The notes: generated by a model from the letters alone, not told the origin. Shown: positions 23,100 through 36,366, counted from the first letter of the stretch. The stretch: DNA of 64,000 nt from Selaginella moellendorffii (GCF_000143415.4 NW_003314280.1:868001-932000); one strand, 5' to 3'. A program made the numbers and translations.

Positions 23100-25497
23100 A
23101 TGAAATTCTTTAGGGGCAGCAAGGGCAAGAGCTCCGAGAGAGCTGAATCGAGCAGAGCGCCGTCAAGATCCGGGCGATCCGAGGCAAGTAAATCCGAGCG
23201 CTCTGCTGAATCGCGCCATGATCGAGCTGAAAGAAGGCTTCTCAAAGAGGTATGGAGCGTTCTTCGGCATTTCTCTACGGTTTTCTTGATGGCTTGTAAC
23301 CACAGCTCGCTCGAAAGAACGAGGAAGTGGCCACACAGAGAGAACAGCTCGGTAAGCTCCACAACGAGTTTGCCAGGATTGCCGAGCTCCAGGCGTCCCA
23401 GAAGAAACATATGCATTCTCTGGAGCGCGACCATCGGATGGAGCTCCGGAATCTAGAGAAGCAAGTGCAAGAGGAGCGAGCAGTGAAGCATGCGATCGAG
23501 GTTCGTTCGGTTTGTCGAGCAAGAACATAAAAGCACTCGGGTAAAACTATATCTTTTCTTCGTTCGCGTGTTCTTCTTTCTTCCTGTCTTCTCTCGTTTG
23601 TGTGGGAGCGAGCTTCTAACGATGGTGATTCTAACAGATGGAACTTGCAACACTGATGGACAGGTGCAACGAGCTGGTGCACGAAAGCAAACTTAACGAG
23701 ATGAAAGAGGCCGCGAGCAACGTGGACGAGGACGAAGAACACGACGAGGGGCAAGATCAGTGCTCTCATTCTCACGAGGTAAACATGAAGGTTTTCTCGC
23801 ACAAGTTTTCCAAGCTTGTCTCAGGGAACTTCCACGCATGGATCCTCGGAAGGCCGCTCCTCTGCAAGGGGAGCTAGACGACCAGACGAGCTCCGGAAGC
23901 TCAAAGGACACATGAACACACTCGGGGCCTCGATGAAAGAAGACGCTCGCTACGATCCAGATGAAGAGGAGGAGAAGAAGAAGCTGCTCGAATACGAAGC
24001 TAAGACATCCAAAGCTTGCTCCAGCGTCAAACGGGACTTGGGAAAGCTCAAGAAATGGGTGGCATGGAAGTGGCGCTGGGCTGCCGAGGCTCTCAAGTCA
24101 GATATCATGGCGAAGAAGCTAGAGGATACCGAGAGCGAGCGACCGAATGGCAGCCATAAGTCGTCGTCGTCGTCGACTTGCTCGGGGTGTAAGAAGAAGA
24201 CGTGTGTTTGCTCGACCTCGGAGGGCGATAAGAATCAGTCAGTGGTTCCGGCTGTGATGACGGCCTGGCGAGCGTATGCTCGAGCTGTTCGTCTTGAGAA
24301 GAAGGCCATCTCGATGATAACTTCGCTCGAGAAGATGGTCAGCGCACTCCCGTGGTGGATCCGGCGAGTCGGGCAGAGGAGGCTGCTCGAGCGCTGCTTC
24401 TTCCGGTGGGAGATGCATGCTCTCCGCAAGAACAGGTCGGGTGGACAGAATGGATCGGTGGATCCGACGAAGAAGTCCTCGGCTTTCAAGAACGACGTGG
24501 ATTCCAACAGGTCGGCTCCGTCCCCGAAAAGGAAGAAGAAAGACGATAGTGGTGCCGCTGGTAGCGGTGGCAAGCACAGGAAAGCGTGGGGATCGTCCGG
24601 TGGCAAGGGAGACTATCTCGCTTGGGAGAACCGAGTGAGGCAGAACACCAATCCTCGCGAGTTTTCGAGGTGGTCTGGCGTGAAGAAGCTACAAAATCTC
24701 CAGGTTTGCAGCTTTCGTTCTTCCCACCTCGATCTAAACAGTGATCTCTTTGTAACCAGGCATCAATCCAGAAGGAACTCCAAGAACTGGAATCGCAGCT
24801 CTCGCACCATATGCAAGCTCTCAAAGAGGACAAGAGCAAGCCCATCGCTCCAAAGGGTCCCATCTGGAAGGGATCTTGCAGCTCGACGTGGGAGATTTGC
24901 AACAACTTGATACGCTACTTGACGGATGCTCGCAAGCAGCTGGCCTCGGCGGATGGCAAAGCCAACGACGGGCAGAAGGCCTCTCCAAAGCGGTACCGGG
25001 GAGGAAAGGAACAGCTGCTCGATTTCCCGGGAGGATTCCAGAGGAAGCAAGACGCCACGGCTGCTAGAAATCCCCCGCCAGCTTCCAACACCAAAGGAGT
25101 CTCGAAGAACAAAGTTACTGGAGGAGGAGAAGTAGCACCAGCAGCAGCAGCAGCAGCGCCGGATCATCAGACCGTGCTGGAAGTTCCCGAGGCCGAGGGA
25201 TGCAATCTCACGCTCGATCCAGGCGCCTCGGTGAAAGTGAGCCGCCCAGGCGGGAATGGGAAGTGGGGAGGCAAGGATGGATGGGATTTCTACGGAGGGA
25301 GGATTTGCACGGCGTCGCAGTACGCCGAGTACCTCCGCGACGAGATCCGGCGATTGAAGGTGTGGCAGCAAGAGCACGAATCGCAGATCCGCAAGGAATT
25401 GGGCGCCAGTGGAGGAGGAGGAGGAGGAGGGAAATTGGCAGGGAAGTACCAGAGATTGGGGCAAGACGTTCATCCGGAGCTCGAGCTTTGCTGGTAG
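23100..25497 (+). CDS. Unknown coiled-coil protein, about 5 exons
   Basis: Exon ORFs join through GT-AG introns, with heptad-like charged segments (EQLGKLHNEFARIAELQ, IQKELQELESQL). No family recognised. Confidence 0.65.
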
Positions 25498-25769
25498 CGC
25501 GAAAACTAAGAATTTGAAAATGCTCTGTTCTTATTTTGACCTAACCCTAGAGGGTTTGCCCTAGACCGTAAGATCTTCGCATCGCTATGATCCAACGGTG
25601 ATCCTACGTGGCTTATAAACCTAAGGGTTTACTGGAGGCGGCCGAGTTAGGGTTTAGCTCCCTCTTTCGTCGGCTGCGGCGCGTCCTCTCTCGGCAAAGC
25701 GCGAGGCAAGTTTGGCGCTGGCGATGGATTTCGTTCTAAATTCGCGTTTGCAGGTAGAGAGCCGCCACA

Positions 25770-26581
25770 ATGTCTGCGCGCAAGAAGATCCAGAAGGAGG
25801 AGGGCCAGGAGCCGGATGCTTTCGAGCTCACGGTTGCGCAGGTTTGGGAGAGATCTAGTGAGGCATTGCATGAAGTAAGTCCCTTTTGTTTTTGCTCAGG
25901 CGCTATCAGAGCTTGAGGGCGCTAATCAGGAGCTCCGAGGCGACTTGCGCGACCTCTCTATCAATTCAGCAAAGTATGTTAATTCTTTGAAATCATTCGT
26001 GAGCTCTAAGCTTGTGTTTATTCTTCGCAGGGAAATTGACGTGTCCAGCAATCGCAAGGCGGTCGTGATCCACGTACCTTACCGCTTGAGAAAGGCGTAT
26101 CAGAAGATCCAACCCAGACTGGTGCGTGAGCTCGAGAAGAAATTCAGTGGCAAGGTAAGCTATGGTTTCCAAACTTTTCTAGGCCAGCTCGTTAATAGTT
26201 TTGCGTGGTACTTTAGGACGTGATCTTGATCGCAACCAGGCGCATCTTGAGGCCGCCGAGGAAGGGCGCCGCCGTCTCCAGACCAAGGAGCCGGACCCTC
26301 ACTGCCGTGCACGACGCCATTCTCGAAGACCTGGTTTACCCCACGGAAATTGTTGGCAAGCGCATCCGGTACCGCTTGGATGGCTCCAGAGTGTTGAAGG
26401 TAAGAAAACTCCCCTTCATTTCCGGCGCTCTAGTGACGAGCTCGAAACGTTTTTGCAGGTCTACCTTGACCCCAAGGAACGCAACAGCACCGAGTACAAG
26501 TTGGAGACGTACTCGGGTGTCTACAAGAAGCTGACTGGCAAGGATGTGGCATTTGAGTTTCCCGTGCAAGAAACGGCCTAG
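25770..26581 (+). CDS. RPS7: 40S ribosomal protein S7 (eS7)
   Basis: [60 protein letters not shown] and [13 protein letters not shown]. Telo-box-like motifs lie upstream. Confidence 0.97.
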
Positions 26582-26939
26582 AACTCGTAATGGAGCATTT
26601 CGTTTTCTTGCTCTTGAGGGTTGGAGTGACGCAAAAATTTTGACTTGTTTTTAAAGTGGGGTTGAATTCCAGTTCCAGGCCGGTTGAGGGCTCGTCGAAT
26701 ACACACGACTCGGTTCTTTGGTGTGTACTACAAACAAAGCTGGTTTGTCCCTCGAGGTTAGCTCACCTGGTTGAAAGTAATTCTAAGCTGTGCTCTGCTG
26801 CTTTTGCCAGTGCCAGAAATGTACGCACTGGGTCAGAAAAGCGCTGTAACTCTCCCAGAGTTCACATGCACCCCGTGGTAAATTCTGTTCAGAGTGAGGG
26901 TAGATAGAGCTGTAGCAGTGTGACATTCTTTAGGGAGCT

Positions 26940-27987
26940 ATGGCTGTCCGGAGCATAGCAGTAGGAGCTTTGATCCTCGTCGTAGCTTACGTTTGTGGTG
27001 GTGTTGGAGCTGAGCAGGAACATCCCCGTAAGCCGGGAGCTCCCAGAGAGAAGCACTGCCGAGCCGAGACTCCCGCTGACGATGGCTGGATTTCGCAGTG
27101 CAGCGGCAAGATCTCCTGTCCGAGCACNNNNNNNNNNNNNNNNNNNNNNNNNNNNNNNNNNNNNNNNNNNNNNNNNNNNNNNNNNNNNNNNNNNNNNNNN
27201 NNNNNNNNNNNNNNNNNNNNNNNNNNNTACGTAAAACAAGTTCTTAGATTTTGTTCTTCGTGATATCTTGCTCACATTTCCTTCTTTCTCAGCTAGATGC
27301 AACAAGATTGGGTCGGTCTGTCAAGACCCACGATTCATTGGCGGGGATGGAGTTACCTTCTACTTCCACGGCGAGAAAGATAAGAACTTTTGCCTCGTCT
27401 CGGACTCTAGCTTCCATTTGAACGCTCACTTGATCGGCAAGAGGCCTCCTGGCAGGAGCAGGGACTTCACCTGGATTCAAGCTCTCGGCATTCTCTTTGG
27501 TCCCCACAAGCTCTACGTCGGGGCCAGGAGAGTGGCGACTTGGGATGGAGCAAAGGACCACTTTCTCGTCCACTTCGACAGCAATGCCGTGAGCATCGAG
27601 CAAGGAACCGGGGCGGTCTGGGAGGCCGAGTCGGGGCCTGTGAAGCTCACTCGGTTGGAGGCGACGAATTCGCTCAGCATTTTCATCCCGGGCGCTCTCA
27701 ACGCGTCGGTGGCGATTGTTCCCATCTCCAAGGAGGAGTCGCGGGTTCACGGTTACGAGATCTCGGGCGACGACTGCTTCGCGCATCTCGAAGTTAACTT
27801 CCAGTTCGCGGGCCTTGGCTCGCGAGTGGAAGGCCTTCTTGGGCAGACTTACGCGGCCGATTGGAGATCGCCCATCAAGGAGGAAGGCATCGCGATGCCG
27901 ACGCTGGGTGCTCGAGCCGATCGATACGAGGCATCGTCTATCCTCACGCCGGATTGTAGCGTTTCTCAGTTCCATAGGGCCTTGTAA
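26940..27987 (+). CDS. Root-cap / LEA-related secreted protein (Root_cap domain), interrupted by an N-gap at 27128-27227
   Basis: Signal peptide, Cys-rich N-terminal part, CQDPRFIGGDGVTFYFHG..KNFCLVSD, RDFTWIQALG, DDCFAHL and VEGLLGQTY. Confidence 0.88.
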
Positions 27988-28122
27988 AAAAGGTCTAAGA
28001 ATATTTGCTTTGAGATAGGGTTTATTTTGTTAAAGTTGTGAGGTTGCCTAACATCCTCTTGACAGAATATTCTTAATGCTACACTTCGAATTTGCCCGCC
28101 ATTGTTTTGCCCTAACCTAGGG

Positions 28123-29546
28123 ATGGATGTGGATGTGAGTTTCTTTTTCACTTCTTTGATGGCGGCTTGATCGTCTTCTCCCTGCCAGGAGTTGGATGGA
28201 GATCCCTTTGCCGATCGGCCGCCTCCAAAATCGGTGTGGGAAGCCACGGAAGAGGAGAGCCTGGACGAAGTCCGGGCAACGATAGAGAACAAGCAAGACG
28301 TGAACTGCCCCAATCCAATCACTCTCAACACTCCCTTGTAAGCCTTGCCTCGTTGGTTTGATTCCATTTCTCGTTTGTTCGTCAGGATTATAGCGCTCAA
28401 AATCAATCACATCGAGATGGCGAATTTTCTGCTCTCCAAAGGAGCAGACGTGAAGCCTCAGAATAATTGTGGAGATACTGCACTTCACTGGGCCGTAAGA
28501 AATCTCTCTCTGTTTTTCTTCTTCTCTGTTTCAGTTGAGCATACCTGATTCCTGGAACAGGCACTTAGAGGACAAGAGGAAATGGTTAGAACGATGCTGA
28601 GCCGAGGGGCTAAGCTGGATGTGGTGGGAGAATTCGGGAACACTCCTCTACATTTTGCTTGCAAAGCAAACCATCTCAAGATTGTGTTCATGATGCTCGA
28701 GGTACAGACGAATCTTACCTTCGATCATGGATCAATCACTGACTTTCACTCCTGTGCGTTCAAGGCCAGGGCGGCGCATCTGTGACTTGCAGAAATGACT
28801 ACGGCAACACTCCATTCGCAATGTCTGTCAATACGGATATAAGACATATGGTACGTAGCAACACTGTCTTTCGTGATGTTTATTCATTGTTCCTTTTCTT
28901 TTCTGGTTTCTCTTTCAGCTGAGGCTGGTGATGGTGAACAAAGAATCAGGAAGAGAGCAAGTGAAAGCCGAAGCACTCCGGAGGCTGGAAATTGAAAAAG
29001 AAGCTCAGGAGAGAGACCGGATGCGTCTGCAGGTCTGGAAACACTTACTAGAAGAACCGCACTTCAACGACCGGTCACAGTCCGTGCTGAGTTTTCAATG
29101 TTCCAGGCTATAGAAAACGAGAGAAAACAGCAGGAGGATTACGATCTCTCCAGGAGAGAGGCCATCTTAGCAGAAGAGGTGCGAAACCCGTTGGACTTGA
29201 GTAGCTCATCTCGTTTTCTTGCAATGGAAATGCAGAAGCGAATTGAGGAGGAAGACGCTGAAAGGGAGCACCTCGAAGAGGAAGAGCGAAGACGACAGGT
29301 AGAAAACTTTGGTTGTTTGAGCACGTCCTTGTAAGCTTGATTCTACTGCAGGAGGAGGCTAGAATTGAGGCGGAGAGGCTGGAAGCCGAGAGGATCAAAG
29401 CCGAGAAGAAGCAAAAGAAATACGAGAAGTGGCTGGCCAAGATGAAGAAGAAAAACCCGGGCTTCGTCGATCCGAGAATCATCAAGGCTCAAAAGGCGGC
29501 AGCGAAAGCGGCGGCCAAAGCCGCCAAAGCAAAGAAGAAGAAATAG
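28123..29546 (+). CDS. Ankyrin-repeat protein with a charged coiled-coil C-terminus, multi-exon
   Basis: LNTPL, GDTALHWA, GNTPLHFAC and YGNTPF ankyrin motifs, then an E/R/K-rich tail ending AKKKK*. Confidence 0.8.
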
Positions 29547-30110
29547 AATCCTCAGGAGGGTGAAATATGCCGGTCCACCGATGTTGCGCCACGTCCTTCT
29601 TTGGGCTTCACGTTCCTTTTAACGTTCTGAGACGATGCTCTCAAGCGCAAAGCTGGCGATGAAGCGAACAAGAAGGTAAAAATGGTCCAAATAAAGAGTC
29701 GCTCAATGTTTACCTCTAGTTTTTAGAAAAAGAAATATATTTCACAATCCCTTTCTATGTTGGATCTTTTGCCCCTTCTCAAGTTGGTGTCCACTACATT
29801 GTTCTCATATATCTTGTGACAGCCAGATCTCTACACTTCAGTAGATTAAGCGACTGCAAACTGTCCGTGTAGATATTCACCTTGTTCGATGCCCAGTAAC
29901 CTAGAGCCTACAACTTGATGGAGTCATATATCCCAAGAAGCTCCATGTTGAGTGAAGACATGACCACATTATCATATAGAAAAGTATGTTTTGTTCTTTA
30001 AATTCATATTATTATAAGTATGAGCAAAGTGTAAATGTTTTTTTATAGAAAACTGATCCAGATATTATTATAAAATATTTAATTTTTAAGATTAATTTTG
30101 AATCATATTA

Positions 30111-32305
30111 AATTTTAGCAAAATATAAAAAGGGGTAAATATGGATGGAAAAATTGTACATTTAAAAGTTATTTTTAGCATTATTTTAACTAATGTGAAA
30201 TTTTTTTCATCATTATATACTGGATCACCACTAGCTAGTTTATAAATAGTAGAAATTATTTTATAAAAAAAAAATGTAATGTTAATTTCATGTGGCAAGT
30301 TAATATCCTTGGAGAATTTATGTAGCTAGTGCAATATAATATTTATATGTTATGCTCAATAAAAATAAAGAGTTATACCATTGTGTTAAGGATAATTTTT
30401 ACATTTTGTAAATACAAAATAAATTATTATTTTAATATTTAATAATTTTTATTTATACTAAAATCAAAATTAAAAAAACTTCCCATATATTTAAGAAATT
30501 TGAAAATATTGCCCTTAAAGCCTGTTTTATTAGTTTAAGACTCTTAAAGTCATAATAAATATACATTTAAAACTATAACAAATGTAAATAATAAATATTT
30601 TAATTAAGAAATAGCATTAAAGATATGTGATTTAAAAAGGGAGTTTAACCTTTTTCGAGAAGGAGAGTAGAGAAAAAACGCTTCCCACGTCCACCGTCTC
30701 ACATGCATAAGGCTAGGCAATCGTCATCAAATGCCATCACACCAAAGGCAACGCTATTGAAGAGTATATATGCCTAGAGCTTGGCGAATGGGTACATGTT
30801 TTGGTTGCCTTTCCTATGACAAGTATACCACCCCATTGAATTTAGCAAAAGTGAAAATTTTATCATTTATTAATATTCATTTACATGAATTTTAGCAAAA
30901 TATAAAAAGGGGTAAATATGGATGGAAAAATTGTACATTTAAAAGTTATTTTTAACATTATTTTAACTGATGTGAAATTTTTTTCATCATTATATACTGG
31001 ATCACCACTAGCTAGTTTATAAATCGTAAAAATTATTTTATAAAAGAAAAAATGTAATGTTAATTTTATGTGGCAAGTTAATATCTTTGGAGAATTTATG
31101 TAGCTAGTGCAATATAATATTTATATGTTATGCTCAATAAAAATAAAGAGTTATTAATGATAGTTTTTAGTTTCAAAATTAAAATTAAAAAAACTTCTCA
31201 TATATTTAAGAAATTTGAAAATATTACCCTTAAAGCCTATTTTATTAGTTTAAGACTCTTAAATTCATAATAAATATACATTTAAAACTATAACAAATGT
31301 AAATAATAAATATTTTAATTAAGAAATAGCATTAAAGATATGTGATTTAAAAAGGGAGTTCAACCTTTTTTGAGAAGGAGAGTAGAGAAAAAACGCTTCC
31401 CACGTCCACCGTCTCACATGCACAAGGCTAGGCAATCGTCATCAAATGCTACCACACCAAAGGCAACACTATTGAGGAGTATATATGCCTAGAGCTTGGC
31501 AAATGGGTACATGCTTTGGTCGCCTTTCCTATGACAAATATGCCACCCCATTGAATTTAGCAAAAGTGAAAATTTTATCATTTATTAATATTCATTTACA
31601 TGAATTTTAGCAAAATATAAAAAGGGGTAAATATGGATGGAAAAATTGTACATTTAAAAGGTATTTTTAACATTATTTTAACTAATGTGAAATTTTTTTC
31701 ATCATTATATACTGGATCACCACTAGCTAGTTTATAAATAGTAGAAATTATTTTATAAAAGAAAAAATGTAATGTTAATTTCATGGGCAAGTTAATATCT
31801 TTGGAGAATTTATGTAGCTAGTGCAATATAATATTTATATATTATGTTCAATAAAAATAAAGAGTTATTGATAATGGTTTTTAGTTTCAAAATCAAAATT
31901 AAAAAAGCTTCCCATATCTTTAAGAAATTTGAAAATATTACCCTTAAAGCCTGTTTTATTAGTTTAAGACTCTTAAAATCATAATAAATATACATTTAAA
32001 ACTATAACAAATGTAAATAGTAAATATTTTAATTAAGAAATAACATTAAAGATATATGATTTAAAAACCTCTTTCAAGAAGAAGAGTGGAGAAGAAATGC
32101 TTCATATCCACCATCTCACATGCACAAGGCTAGCCAATCATCATTAAATGCCACCACATCAAAGACAACGCTATTGAGGAGTATATATACCTAGAACCTA
32201 ACGAATGGGTATATGTTTTGGTTGCCCTTCCTATAATAAGTATGCCACCCCATTGAATTTAGCAAAAATGAAAATTTTATCATTTATTAATATTCATTTA
32301 CATGA
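30111..32305. repeat. Three head-to-tail AT-rich repeats (units start at ~30111, 30888 and 31603; ~700-780 bp)
   Basis: Shared landmarks in each unit, e.g. aattttagcaaaatataaaaaggggtaaatatgg and actggatcaccactagctag. Confidence 0.95.
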
Positions 32306-32895
32306 AGAATTACAGATGAATAATTCTGGATGCTTAGCTAAAAGTTGCAAAAACCCCTCTCCATTAACAAAAAAAGAATAAATAATAACTAGCAAAACCA
32401 TCTTAATGTCCTCAAAACCATGTTAATGTCCTTCAAAAACGTGGACAACAGCTCCTACTTGTACACTGCCACGGATTCCACCTTTTGCAAGATCGGAATG
32501 AGACGCCCACCATGCTTGGAAACCTGTCTCAAATCTTGGCCAATCCACCACCATGAAGCTAGCGTCAACAGGACAATCAATTCCAATGGCGGCGGCCTCG
32601 CATAGGCAGGCGAGCAGCGTGGCACAAGGATCCCAGCGAGCTGATTCAGATGAATCACGGGCTCAGGCGGCGGACTATAATTCCATAGCAACAAAGTGCC
32701 TTTTTTGCCACTGCCCGACGTTAGAGATAACCCTACCATCTTAGGGTTCTTTTTACAAAGGGGAAAAGTTTCCAGTGCAATTTTCACAAAATCCAACAAA
32801 AGCTATGCTATTATATGGAAAATCCTACTCATTCTTGAATTAAGAACACAGTCACTGATTACTCCTCAATGGCGCTGGTCGAGTCTCTAGCAAGT

Positions 32896-33135
32896 GGCGG
32901 AGCGAAAGAACCAGATGCGCGACAAGGTCTGGGGATTTTTCTTTGTCCCAGGCCGCTAGAACTTGTTTGTCTTTCTGAGCAGAAACGTCGCGAAGAGCTG
33001 GAGCGCGTCCAGAAGGAGAGGGAGGCGGACGTCCGGAGCTACAAAGCCCTGATGGTGTCGGAGAAAATGACTTCCAACAAGGATATTGCCGGCAAAGGCA
33101 AGTCTCTCCAGGAGATTGAGGGCGACTTTATGTGA
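32896..33135 (+). pseudogene. CCDC25: 3' fragment of a CCDC25-like gene (end of the penultimate exon plus the last exon)
   Basis: AERKNQMRDK | KRREELERVQKEREADVRSYKALMVSEKMTSNKDIA..KSLQEIEGDFM* matches the recalled CCDC25 C-terminus. No upstream exons were seen. Confidence 0.7.
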
Positions 33136-33280
33136 CGAGCCTCAACCAGCCCCGGCCTGTCCATCCTTCCTTCCTGGAGCGTTCGCATGATAACGATGAA
33201 ATAAGCTGGACGCTTGTTGAAGCACGTACCATAACTCTTTAATCTTCTAGTGATGCCGCTCCTCGCTCGCTCCTTGTTCG

Positions 33281-35434
33281 TCACAAGCACAGGCTTCCAA
33301 ACTGAGAGTTCCAATCCTCGTAGGCAGCTCGCATTTCGAGACTGAAGGCTTTACTTCTTGAAGAGCGGCCCTGAAGTCCTGCAGAGGAGATTTAGAGTAC
33401 GTAGATTGGAAGCTTTTGCTTACCTGTAGCCCAATAGCTCGCATTTCTTCCGTGCTAATCTTGCCAATGTCTTTCCCCGCTTTGAGAGCCTCGCGGAGAG
33501 GATACATGGATGCTTCTTTGACGAGGTTGTTCATGTCAGAACCGGAATAGCCTGGAAGCAGCAAAAGGATGAGCTTGATTCAGGTGATGAAAGCTGGTGT
33601 CTGTATGTACCCTCGGTCATTGAGCATATTTCGTCCATGTCGCTGCTGGACATACAAAACAGACCATCCTCGAGCCTCTGCATGGGAAGCATAGTCAAGC
33701 ATAAGGTGAGGCGAGAATGAATTACCAGCAGAAGAAAGTGGTATGTATAGCCTCTTCGAGAAACGATGGCGGGCTGCTTCATCAAGCTCTTGAGGCCTGT
33801 TTGTAGCACCTAAAACGTTTTTGTCGAACTCTACAGTCCATCGATCAGTCCCTGGCTTACCTATAAGAAGAAGCTGCTCGTTACCACTGCCAATACCTTC
33901 CATCTCAATGAGAAACTGCGCCTTTATCCTTCGGCTTGATTCATGCTCTCCTCTGATTTCCTCTGGTTTTAACAAAGTAAATACCGAACGAGATGTTCAG
34001 ATTGTCGACGATACCTGAGATAGGAGTGAGTCCACTTCGTCGATGAATATCACCGCTGGTGTGCGACAACTTGCTACACCAAACAAAGCTCGGACAAGCT
34101 TCTCGCCTTCACCAATCTGCAACTCTGAACAGACAAATTAGCATGTGCTAGGAAGAAAATCAAAGTTACCCATTTGCTAGTTAGCGAGCTTGAAAAGAAT
34201 GTAGCTTTTAATTCGCCAGCGATCGCTTTTCCTATCGTTGTCTTGCCTGTTCCCTGTCACATTCTTGAGTTGCTTCATCAAATATACACTTACAGGGGGG
34301 CCAAAAAGGAGGAGTCCTTTTCCTGGCGAGCGGCAGCCACGGAAAATGTCCGGGCGTAAAAGGGGCCAAATCACCATTTCTGTGACACTCTTTTTAGCAT
34401 GATCCAGTCCAGCTGTTTGCAAAAAACTGAAGTTACAACACAAACTAATGAGTGAGAAAAAGCGCTACCTATGTCATCCCAGCGAACGTTTGAATCCCTT
34501 TCCATTATTTCGTTGCTTATGTGCTCACCATATCCGACTCGACCACCAAATGGTACGTTCTCATGTCCATTTGGTTTACTTTCTCAACCGTGTCATATTA
34601 GCTTGGAACTTCTCGCCGGTCCCGATGGCGAGCTGCCTGACAAGTTGCGCAATCTGGAACCTCGCCTGCTCAGCATCCGAATTCTGCGTGGTTGTTCCTC
34701 CCCCATTGGAGCGAAGAGGTGGTGTAAAAGAACTTCGAACATTCCGGCGGCCCAGAGTCTTAGCGATGGTGTTGGTCCCTGTAGGTGCCGGACACGATGT
34801 TGATCCCGTTTTCTTGGAGTCAAGTGCCTGAAGAAAGAAATTTCTGCGGAGAACTGTCGAAAGGTTCAAAATGCTTACTCATTTTTTATTTGCTGTGACA
34901 AATCCTCCTGAACTCTCCACAGGATTTTGCTTCTCTACAACGACAGACTTGTTCCTTATCTTGGCGGCTCACACACAACTCTTCCGCGCTTCTTGCTCTC
35001 TCCCGGGCTGACGTCTATGCGATCAATATCCATTGGTTCCTGTAAGTTCAGATTGTCAAAACCACGAGAGAAAGAAAAAAATAAAAAAATTCAAAGATCA
35101 CTCACGCTGCTGTCACCACAAAATGGTTTGTAAAGTCGTCTACACGGTGCTGGCCTCCCCCAAAAACCACGCCGCTAGATCGAGCTGCCTGTGCGAGCGT
35201 ATTTCTTCAACCAAATCACTACGTAAGCTAGATTTCATGGCCAAAATCCACTTACCTCTCAAAACCTTGGTAGAATTTGTCCCTGGCCGCATCGATCAGA
35301 TCCTGGACATGCCTCTTTATTGGAGCAGTGTACATCGCATCGTCTCTCGTCCTCGTCTCGAGAAATCCCAGCAGACAAAGCCCCAGACCCAGCGCCTTCT
35401 CCCATTCCTCCGCCTTGATCGCGGCCTCCACCAT
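33281..35434 (-). pseudogene. FIGL1: Fidgetin-like 1 AAA-ATPase pseudogene
   Basis: [69 protein letters not shown] and N-terminal LGLCLLGFLE..PI. It has an in-frame deletion ([12 protein letters not shown]), frameshifting deletions near 33665 and 33325, and a truncated 5' end. Confidence 0.8.
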
Positions 35435-35509
35435 AAACCCTAGAAAATGCGCGCGAATGAGTTGAAATTAAAGGTGACGTAAGTTACATTAGTCCAATGT
35501 AAATATTTA

Positions 35510-35920
35510 CACGGTAACTTTCTTGTATCGATAGCCTCTCGAGCATGCCCAGAAGAAGAGCCCATTGAGAGCCCTGAGCGCCGCCACCAAAAAAGAAGTA
35601 ATCCAGGTGGCCGCGGTTTAGATTGTTTGGGATCCACCCATAACTCCCGGAAGAACTCGTTGCGTGGGAGATCACCGCCACCAAGAAGCTGCTCAAGTAG
35701 TTCGCCAGCGCCACCGTGCTGAGCGCCAGCGCGGTCGCCAAGCTCCTCATCGCGTCGGGTGCTTGATCGTAGAAGAACTCGAGCTGCCCAAGGGACGTGA
35801 AAATTTCCGAGGCACCGACGAGGAAGTACTGCGGTATCTGCCAGAGAATGCTCATCGGGACCGGATCCGTGACGTTGTCCAGGAGATCAAACTCGGCCGC
35901 GAGCTGGAGCCTCGAGATCT
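35510..35920 (-). pseudogene. NPF: 3' fragment of an NPF/PTR nitrate-peptide transporter
   Basis: PMSILWQIPQYFLVGASEIFT.LGQLEFFYDQAPDAMRSL..GWIPNNLNRGHLDYFF, followed by a frameshift. The 5' part is absent. Confidence 0.85.
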
Positions 35921-36304
35921 GCGAGTAGATTGGTAGAATCCGGATAAAGATCTTTACTTCCTCAACCTGAGTGACTGTGAAGACGAGGAGGTAACTCCTT
36001 TTCTCTTTTCTATAGACTAGCTCTTATCTCTTTCTTCCAGGTCAAGAAAGACGCGGGCGGTGTCACGGAGCTGTTCTCATGGGTGCAGATATTGTTTGGA
36101 AAACCGCGAGGTAATAGTTTTCCAAGCTCGCTCTCATACATCGTCAGGTACCAGCTGCGGCCGAATACGAAAATAATCCTTTTTTCTCTTCGAGTCGGAA
36201 CTGTAAAACGTGGTTCCTGTTGCTGCTGGTAAATCTACTCATGACTAAAACTTGGATCTCTAAGTTATAATCGATCCAAATCACCGCAGGTCTGATGGAT
36301 GGAG

Positions 36305-36366
36305 GCTTGGACATGGAAGTTCCAGAGAGAAGCGTATAGTCGCTGTAAATGGTACCGCCATTGACA
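36305..36366 (-). pseudogene. Tiny subtilase fragment (catalytic-Ser motif)
   Basis: SDYTLLSGTSMS.P matches the S8 GTSMS motif. No other subtilase parts were seen. Confidence 0.5.

Noticed and set aside
35510-35920. Nitrate-assimilation cluster (NIA plus NPF)
   Set aside because: The NPF is a truncated, frameshifted fragment 33 kb from NIA inside a repeat block.
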